From positions 240,001 through 272,000 of the forward strand of contig OZ246396.1 in NCBI GenBank assembly GCA_965230905.1: a DNA stretch of 32,000 bases, written 5' to 3'. A program made the translations under genes and the position numbers. Source of the DNA: Candidatus Saccharimonadota bacterium. GTDB taxonomy: Bacteria > Patescibacteriota > Gracilibacteria > UBA1369 > 2-02-FULL-48-14. Every line of letters starts with the position of its first letter. Position 1 is the stretch's first letter. The notes beneath the pieces are model-generated. The model worked only from the letters and a program-made list of their open reading frames with translations. It ran no database searches and was not told the origin of the DNA. Below, piece after piece: positions 26,373-32,000 of this stretch.

Positions 26373-26432
26373 GCCTTGTTGTCAATTAAATTTTGACAGT
26401 ATAAGTTTAGCATTTTCAGGTTAAATTTGCAA
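26373..26432. promoter_or_regulatory. Shared GCNTTGTTGT motif in an inverted repeat, plus a candidate minus-strand promoter for the second TrmB-like gene
   Basis: GCCTTGTTGT at 26373-26382. Inverted repeat TGTCAA (26380-85)-N7-TTGACA (26393-98). On the minus strand: TTGCAA (26432-26427), 17-nt spacer, TAAACT (26409-26404). Confidence 0.45.
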
Positions 26433-26442
26433 GTAAGCTGCT

Positions 26443-26478
26443 TAGACTATTGTTGAAATATGACAAATAGTCTAGTAT
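26443..26478. promoter_or_regulatory. Second palindrome, overlapping a candidate P9 promoter
   Basis: Perfect 9-bp arms TAGACTATT (26443-51) and AATAGTCTA (26466-74). Candidate -35 TTGTTG (26450-55), 17-nt spacer, -10 TAGTAT (26473-78). Confidence 0.4.
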
Positions 26479-26498
26479 TACATCTTGTAACAAACTCT

Positions 26499-28109
26499 AT
26501 GGAAACCCTTCAAACGGCCTGCGCACACTGCCAAAAGAATTTCGAACTCGATGCACAGGATCAAGCGTTCTATAAGGAAATCAACGTCCCCCACCCCACC
26601 CAGTGCCCGGATTGCCGTGAACAGCGCCGGCTCGCGTGGCGAAATGAACGCACACTCTACTTAAGGAAATGCGACCTCACGGGTGAACCCACGCTTTCCG
26701 TTTTTTCAGAGGACAAGCCTTATAAGGTTTATAAAAATGACCATTGGTATTCCGATAAATGGAATCCGCTGGATTACGGGCAGGACTTCGATTTTTCTCG
26801 GCCTTTCTTTGAACAGTTTGATGAGCTTTTACATAAGGTCCCGCAGCTCGCGCTTTCCACGACCGGGAACCAGAATTCCGATTTCATCAACCAAGCGGGA
26901 TGGTGCAAGGATTGCTATTTGATCTTTGAGGCTGATTTCAATGAAAAGTGTATGTACTCGACCCACATTGGAGATTCCAGAGACTGCATGGACGGCCTTC
27001 AAGTGATGAAGTCAGAACTTTGTTACGAGTGCATCGATTGTCAAAATGGCTACAACCTGCGTTTTGCTCAGGATTCCATGAATTGTTCGGATTCTTGGTT
27101 CTTAAAAAACTGTATCGGGTGTTCGAATTGTTTTGGTTGTGTGAATCTACGGAATCAAAAGTTCTGCATTTATAATGAACAGTACTCACAGGAAGATTAT
27201 TTTAAAAAATTGGCTAGTTTTGATCTGCAAAATCGCACCGGCCTAGAAAAGATGCGGGACGATTTCACCGCCTACGCCGCCCAATTTCCTCACAAAAATT
27301 ACCATGGCGTGCAGACGGAAAATTGCAAGGGTGACTACTTATACAACTCGCAAAATTGCCACGGTTGTTTTGACGTGAGCAATTCGCAGGATTGCAAATT
27401 TGTAACCGATTCGCGTAACTGTAAGAAGGTTTACGATATGACGGTTTTCGGTGCCCAAAAGGGAGTGGAGTTTTGCTACGAGTGTCATGAAGTTGGACAC
27501 GGCGTACGGAATTTATACTTCTGTGATCAGGTTTGGGACAGCTGTTATGAGCTATACTACACCAAGCTCAGCATGCAAAATTGTCACCATTTGTTTGGAT
27601 GTATTGGTTTCCGCCGCGGCTCGTATTGTATTTTGAATAAGCAGTACACAAAGGAGGAATATGAAGCCTTGGTGCCGCGCATTATTGAGCACATGAAAAA
27701 GACCGGCGAGTGGGGTGAATTCTTCCCTATCAGCATGAGTCCGTTTGCCTACAATGAAACCCTTGCGGAGCAGTATTTTCCACTCGGAAAAGAAAAGGCG
27801 GAGGCCCTGGGATACGGGTGGAAAGAAGAAGCTAAAACGCCCATAGTACCGGGCCTGCCAGCCTGTGATACGTGCGGAAAAAACTACAAAATTGTGAGCC
27901 AAGAAGAAGAATTTTACCAAAAGATGAAACTGCCGCATCCTACGAGTTGTTCTGAATGCAGACACAAGAAGCGCTCGGCGCTGCGAAATCCACGAAAACT
28001 CTGGGACCGGGCGTGTGCACAGTGCTCTACAGCTATTCAAACCAGCTATTCGCCGGAACGGAGCGAAAAAGTCCTTTGTGAAGCGTGTTATCTGAAAGAG
28101 ACTTACTAA
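26499..28109 (+). CDS. Cys-rich paralog P9
   Basis: 536 aa from the ATG at 26499 (METLQTACAHCQ...). The upstream ATG at 26460 would add 13 residues absent from all the other paralogs and lies upstream of the predicted -10, but it cannot be excluded. Confidence 0.85.
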   Translation: METLQTACAHCQKNFELDAQDQAFYKEINVPHPTQCPDCREQRRLAWRNERTLYLRKCDLTGEPTLSVFSEDKPYKVYKNDHWYSDKWNPLDYGQDFDFSRPFFEQFDELLHKVPQLALSTTGNQNSDFINQAGWCKDCYLIFEADFNEKCMYSTHIGDSRDCMDGLQVMKSELCYECIDCQNGYNLRFAQDSMNCSDSWFLKNCIGCSNCFGCVNLRNQKFCIYNEQYSQEDYFKKLASFDLQNRTGLEKMRDDFTAYAAQFPHKNYHGVQTENCKGDYLYNSQNCHGCFDVSNSQDCKFVTDSRNCKKVYDMTVFGAQKGVEFCYECHEVGHGVRNLYFCDQVWDSCYELYYTKLSMQNCHHLFGCIGFRRGSYCILNKQYTKEEYEALVPRIIEHMKKTGEWGEFFPISMSPFAYNETLAEQYFPLGKEKAEALGYGWKEEAKTPIVPGLPACDTCGKNYKIVSQEEEFYQKMKLPHPTSCSECRHKKRSALRNPRKLWDRACAQCSTAIQTSYSPERSEKVLCEACYLKETY

Positions 28110-28240
28110 AAATTTGATTGGATAGCTAGCCATTCGTCTTCTGTTGGGAGATCATCAAACTTCATTTGAGACAAAGCCTTCGCATCTTTTTCTAACTGTA
28201 CTTCTAGAGGTGACATCGAAATTACATTAAATATTGCCAT
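28103..28240 (-). CDS. Possible 45-aa small ORF (MAIFNVISMSPLEVQLEKDAKALSQMKFDDLPTEDEWLAIQSNF)
   Basis: I translated this by hand from the minus strand because it is below the ORF-track size cutoff. ATG at 28240, stop TAG at 28103-28105. It occupies an otherwise empty 249-bp spacer. No SD sequence or homology evidence. Confidence 0.2.
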
Positions 28241-28309
28241 AGAAGTTTACTTCATTAATCGTTTCATACAAAACCTAAACATCGGGATTCAATTAACCTG
28301 TCCACCAGG

Positions 28310-28338
28310 TTGCTCTTTAGGTCAAAATTTGCTATAAT
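28310..28338 (+). promoter_or_regulatory. Sigma70-like promoter for the ATPase gene
   Basis: TTGCTC at 28310-15, a 17-nt spacer, then TGcTATAAT (hexamer 28333-38). It lies 20 nt upstream of the ATG at 28359. Confidence 0.45.
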
Positions 28339-28358
28339 AAAGCATTGGTAAAACAAAT

Positions 28359-30602
28359 ATGGACTTTCTACAGGTAGTTCTCGAGCAAGGTAGCCCCGAT
28401 GGCCCAAAAAAAGAGCATGTATTCCTCCAGTTTTTGGAGAATTTGCACAACAGCATCCACCACAATCACTTGTCTCTGGAGCTTTTTGGATACAATCAAT
28501 ACACCTATTTTTTCATCACCTGTGATTCAAATATCACCAAGCTGGTGGAGGGGCTCATTTACTCGACCTTCCCAAACTGTGAGATCAAACCGGTGAAGGA
28601 CTACACGACTTTCTACGACCCTAAAAAACAATTCTTGGTGGGAACGCGCGCGGGCTTTGAGCTCAGCGACATCTACCCCATTAAGACCTACGATGAATTC
28701 GAAGGAGACTCCCTTTCCGGGCTCTTTTCGGTGGTTTCCAAAATTGGCCGTGAAGACCAAGCGTGGGTGCAGATTCTGATGAATCCGCGGCACGAAGATT
28801 GGAAGTACCATTTTGGACGACGATGGAAGATGAAGCTCAACAATATTACGCGCCGCTTCAAGCTAAAAAACTACATGCGTCTTAAAGATAAAACGGCCTT
28901 TTATCACGAAGAAAACGAGGCCTTTATTCACAAAAGTGAGCACCATCCCTTTGAAGTAGAAATACGATTTGGGTCGGTGGCTGGAAGCTCAGAAGAAGCT
29001 AAAAGCAACCTGTTGGCGCTGGTGAAATCATTCTTCCAGTTCAACAAGACCGACTACAATGGATTCAAACTCGAACGCCTCAAAACCGGTGAGGCATTTT
29101 TGAAAGATTATCAGCACCGCCACATCAAAGTTCCTATGATGGTGAGCGCACATGAACTCGCGACTTTGTACCATTTCCCGAACTCAGATCATGTGCCGCA
29201 CGTGGTACATATTTTGGCGAAAAAACACGAGCCACCTAAAAATTTGCCGACCGACCGTGCGCAAGAAATTTCTTTTTTTGGAGCGACGAACTACCACAAC
29301 TCCATTCAGGAATTCGGTATTAAACGCGAAGACCGACGTCGACATTTATATGCGGTGGGAAAGAGCGGAACGGGTAAATCGAAGATGCTCGAGCTGCTCA
29401 TCAAAAGCGATATTGAAGCCGGAAAGGGGGTGGGTGTACTCGATCCGCACGGAGACTTGGTGGACAATATTTTGCGTTTTGTGCCGGAGCACCGAATGAA
29501 AGATGTAATCTATTTTGACCCCGGTGATACCGAGTTCCCCATCGCCTTCAACCCACTCGAAAAAGTGGATGAAAAGTTCAAAATGCAGATCACGATTGGG
29601 TTCATCGACATCTTTAAGAAGCTCTTCGGATCCAACTGGTCCAACCGTTTGGAACACGTGCTGCGTTACACCACACTGGCGCTACTCGACTCACCGAACA
29701 CCACGGTTCTTTCGATCATGAAAATGCTCTCCGACAAAAACTACCGACAAAAAATCATCGCGCGTATTGAAGACTCCGTGGTGAAGAACTTTTGGGTGAA
29801 TGAATTTGCCGGATGGAGCGAAAAATTCGATGCTGAAGCCATCACTCCGCTGCTCAACAAAGTGGGTCAGTTGGTGTCTACGAATATGATTCGAAACATT
29901 GTGGGGCAGCCAAAAAATACCTTCCAAATCCGCGACGTGATGGACAACCAGAAGATTCTGCTAATGAAGGTTTCAAAAGGACTTCTGGGGCAGGAAAACT
30001 CGGCGCTGCTGGGTTCCATGATCATTACAAAAATTTATCAGGCGGCCATGGCGCGTGCCGATATGCGTGAGGAAGATCGAAAAGACTTTTACTTCTACGT
30101 GGATGAGTTCCAAAACTTCGCGACGGATACTTTTGCGGAAATTCTCTCTGAGGCTCGTAAATACCGACTGTGTCTCACCATTGCCCATCAGTATGTTGGG
30201 CAGCTCGATGAAGTGGTGCGCAAAACGGTGTTTGGTAACGTGGGTTCCATGATCAGCTTCCGTGTGGGAGCCGAGGATGCAGCGATTTTAGCTGATGAAT
30301 ACACCCCAATTTTTGGAGTGCGCGACATTATCAACTTAGGAGTGCGAGAATTTTATTTGAAGATGTCGATTGACGGAGAACTCACCGAAGCCTTTTCCGG
30401 AAAAACCTTGGGAATCGACTACAGCAAAGTGGACCACAGCCGGGATATCATCAATCTCTCACGTGCGGCTTACTGTGCGCCGCGTGAAGAAGTTGAAACC
30501 ATGCTGCAAAAGTGGGACGAAGGTAGCCTCGAGGAGCCGCTTGCCGTAAAGGCCAGCACCGTTATTGAGGAGACGCAGGATTTTGAGATGCCGCTGATTT
30601 AA
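28359..30602 (+). CDS. VirD4/TraG/TraD-like (type IV coupling-protein-like) P-loop ATPase with a ~330-aa uncharacterised N-terminal domain
   Basis: Walker A AVGKSGTGKS, followed by VLDPHGDL. Walker B-like FYFYVDEFQNFAT. RKYRLCLTIAHQYVGQL resembles the C-terminal TraG/TraD signature. No transmembrane N-terminus is evident. Confidence 0.7.
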   Translation: MDFLQVVLEQGSPDGPKKEHVFLQFLENLHNSIHHNHLSLELFGYNQYTYFFITCDSNITKLVEGLIYSTFPNCEIKPVKDYTTFYDPKKQFLVGTRAGFELSDIYPIKTYDEFEGDSLSGLFSVVSKIGREDQAWVQILMNPRHEDWKYHFGRRWKMKLNNITRRFKLKNYMRLKDKTAFYHEENEAFIHKSEHHPFEVEIRFGSVAGSSEEAKSNLLALVKSFFQFNKTDYNGFKLERLKTGEAFLKDYQHRHIKVPMMVSAHELATLYHFPNSDHVPHVVHILAKKHEPPKNLPTDRAQEISFFGATNYHNSIQEFGIKREDRRRHLYAVGKSGTGKSKMLELLIKSDIEAGKGVGVLDPHGDLVDNILRFVPEHRMKDVIYFDPGDTEFPIAFNPLEKVDEKFKMQITIGFIDIFKKLFGSNWSNRLEHVLRYTTLALLDSPNTTVLSIMKMLSDKNYRQKIIARIEDSVVKNFWVNEFAGWSEKFDAEAITPLLNKVGQLVSTNMIRNIVGQPKNTFQIRDVMDNQKILLMKVSKGLLGQENSALLGSMIITKIYQAAMARADMREEDRKDFYFYVDEFQNFATDTFAEILSEARKYRLCLTIAHQYVGQLDEVVRKTVFGNVGSMISFRVGAEDAAILADEYTPIFGVRDIINLGVREFYLKMSIDGELTEAFSGKTLGIDYSKVDHSRDIINLSRAAYCAPREEVETMLQKWDEGSLEEPLAVKASTVIEETQDFEMPLI

Positions 30603-31626
30603 GATCGAAAGTGGCGCCCAAGGCTTCCACTAGTTCTTGACGTTCCGTATTCACGGCTTGAAGTATTTCTGCGGAATTTCTTTGGGCTTCACGAAGCTCA
30701 GAAATCTGCCCCGGCGCGGCGAGCAGACCGGCCTTTCGTGCCTCCACACCACGAGCAACGATTTTGTCGGCTTGTTTAGCTAAGTTTGGATGTTCCACAA
30801 AGAAACGTCCCACGTTGTAAAGGGCACGGCTGCCTTTTCCAGCGCCTTTTGCGGCACGTACCACCGCTGCGCTGCGGGTGAGCAATTTGGCTGCTTTGGG
30901 AGCTTTTAAAGCCATGGCTGCCCCTTCCACAAGGATTCCTCCGCTGCCTCCAGCTGGAGCCGTGACCGCGCCCGCGCCTAAAGCCACCGCGTCTACCGTG
31001 AGCCACATTCCACCTTCAGCAACGTAGAGGATACGTTTTTTTGCGCTCAATTCTTCACCCACCAAGTTCTTTCCAAGCGTACCCTCCGCCATCATTTTGG
31101 TGCCTCCCACAAAGGGCAAAATGTCGAGACCGGTGGATAAAAGTTGCATCTTTGCCGTGGGCTCTTTGAGTTCCACTTGCTCCACCATTTGCCCGTAAAT
31201 ATTCACAAAATCTTGGATTTCGCGGATGGCGTTTTCGATGTACAGAGACTCCATCCCCATTCCCTGCATGCGCAGTATTTGCTGATCCAAAAATTCCATC
31301 ACCAGCGCTTCAGCCTGCTCGAATTCCTTCTGTGAAATGAGATCGTGCACTTTTTGCATAAGCACCAAAGTCGCTCCATAAACTTCATACTGAAATTTAG
31401 CACGTTCTGCAATTTCGCGATTTTCATCAGCGGATTTTTCTTTCAAAAAGGCGAGCGTTTCATCGTTCACCGCTTCAATGTTTTCCATCAGCTCGGCGTC
31501 CTCCATTTCATCGATGTGCTTCCCCACCACTTCCGTCTCCAGGGCGTCGAGTTGCTCACGCGTTTCGGGCGTTTCGGGAAGAACGGGAACGGTCTCCGTT
31601 TCATTCATAATTTCTTCGTCTTGCAT
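30562..31626 (-). CDS. Hypothetical protein: acidic N-terminus, helical middle, Gly/Ala-rich hydrophobic C-terminal half
   Basis: 354-aa ORF starting 18 nt downstream of the purP stop on the same strand. Contains AVALGAGAVTAPAGGSGGILVEGAAMALKAPKAAKLL. I recognise no family. Confidence 0.6.
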   Translation of the reverse strand: MQDEEIMNETETVPVLPETPETREQLDALETEVVGKHIDEMEDAELMENIEAVNDETLAFLKEKSADENREIAERAKFQYEVYGATLVLMQKVHDLISQKEFEQAEALVMEFLDQQILRMQGMGMESLYIENAIREIQDFVNIYGQMVEQVELKEPTAKMQLLSTGLDILPFVGGTKMMAEGTLGKNLVGEELSAKKRILYVAEGGMWLTVDAVALGAGAVTAPAGGSGGILVEGAAMALKAPKAAKLLTRSAAVVRAAKGAGKGSRALYNVGRFFVEHPNLAKQADKIVARGVEARKAGLLAAPGQISELREAQRNSAEILQAVNTERQELVEALGATFDLKSAASQNPASPQ

Positions 31627-31645
31627 GGCGGCGGGGTTAGGATCC

Positions 31646-32000
31646 TTACGTTAAGATTCTATCGAGCTGCGCGTTTTCAACGGCAGACTTTATTTCCATG
31701 GCGATGCGTTCGCCGTAGCTGAGTTCACGACCCCACAAATAGCTTGTGTAAGGGGTAAAGCGTGTGCCGGGCGAGCCGGGAATCCGCATAGAAACATCAA
31801 AAATCACGAGCTCTTCTCGTCCATTTTCTGAGGACACGGCGCCTTGCAGCGCGAAGGGGCCAATGATGCCGGGCTTCGCAAATTCCTGCGTGGCTTTCAC
31901 AAATTTTTCGCCGATTTCGTAGGCTTTTTCAACCAGCGATTCTTTGATAGTAACTGCGAAATGTCCCGTCTCAATCATGGTCGGATTGTAGCCGCTGTCG
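31646..32000 (-). CDS. purP: 5-formaminoimidazole-4-carboxamide ribonucleotide (FAICAR) synthetase, archaeal-type ATP-grasp, C-terminal part. The N-terminus lies beyond the window end.
   Basis: IIGPFALQG...ELVIFDVSMRIPGSPG...YSYLW...GERIAMEIKSAVENAQLDRILT matches the PurP C-terminus as I recall it from methanogen PurP. The frame stays open to base 32000. Confidence 0.75.
   Translation of the reverse strand, partial: DSGYNPTMIETGHFAVTIKESLVEKAYEIGEKFVKATQEFAKPGIIGPFALQGAVSSENGREELVIFDVSMRIPGSPGTRFTPYTSYLWGRELSYGERIAMEIKSAVENAQLDRILT

Noticed and set aside
26369-26413. Longer start (ATG at 26413) for the second TrmB-like regulator, and the upstream start (26460) for P9
   Set aside because: The extra residues have no counterpart in the paralogous proteins. 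They would also place the promoter-like and palindromic elements inside coding sequence. Both are kept as alternatives in the feature notes because I cannot test this.
11039-28109. The ~1.6-kb periodic similarity, as a possible CRISPR array, satellite or mobile-element array
   Set aside because: The repeating unit is a full-length intact ORF with protein-level rather than nucleotide-level conservation. There are no short direct repeats with spacers, no terminal inverted repeats and no transposase or integrase.
15396-28133. Many 60-190-aa minus-strand ORFs inside the paralogs, for example 15396..15908, 16507..16875, 21426..22004, 22428..22913 and 27552..28133
   Set aside because: Each is antisense to a paralog whose frame carries strongly conserved motifs. 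The antisense frames recur because the sense sequences are paralogous, not because they code.
28295-28311. Small hairpin AACCTG-TCCAC-CAGGTT upstream of the ATPase gene
   Set aside because: It has a 6-bp stem with no U-tract and overlaps the predicted -35 element. The evidence is insufficient to call it a terminator or an operator.

Overview
Compact, gene-dense prokaryotic window using the standard genetic code: TGA is used as a stop directly after conserved C-termini. I found no rRNA, tRNA, CRISPR array or transposase.

Left third (1-9100) is housekeeping and redox metabolism: a partial enolase, the two-subunit Fe-S L-serine dehydratase, purN, a 4Fe-4S-type ferredoxin, a two-subunit 2-oxoacid:ferredoxin oxidoreductase, a 2Fe-2S ferredoxin, a small protein with a recent internal duplication, and a nucleotidyltransferase with a left-handed beta-helix (LbH) domain. 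Next come a vapBC-like toxin-antitoxin pair and an MFS transporter.

Two things stand out.

1. Between eno and sdaAB lie two tandem ~480-bp noncoding copies (period 498 bp). Their differences are compensatory or G-U-preserving within predicted helices, so I read them as a large structured RNA on the + strand that I cannot assign to any family.

2. From 11039 to 28109, nine same-strand paralogs (524-561 aa each, 14,634 nt in total, about 46% of the window) encode a very Cys-rich protein family I do not recognise.
- Each protein has homologous double zinc-ribbon-like modules at both termini, two internal CxxC-repeat blocks and a GEWGEFFP/YNET linker.
- Several junctions show stop/start overlaps (TGATG or ATGA), including one with the upstream MFS gene.
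- The array is interrupted only by an AT-rich NYN-domain gene and two TrmB-like regulators, all on the opposite strand.
- Each of these three divergent intergenic regions carries the same 10-mer, GCNTTGTTGT, inside an inverted repeat.

The right end holds an orphan VirD4/TraG-like P-loop ATPase, an acidic Gly/Ala-rich hypothetical protein and a partial archaeal-type purP.

The gene content (TrmB-like regulators, PurP, orphan coupling-protein-like ATPase, small overlapping genes) suggests an uncultivated small-genome bacterium such as a CPR lineage. That is inference only. All similarity statements come from reading the translations by eye; no searches or alignments were run.
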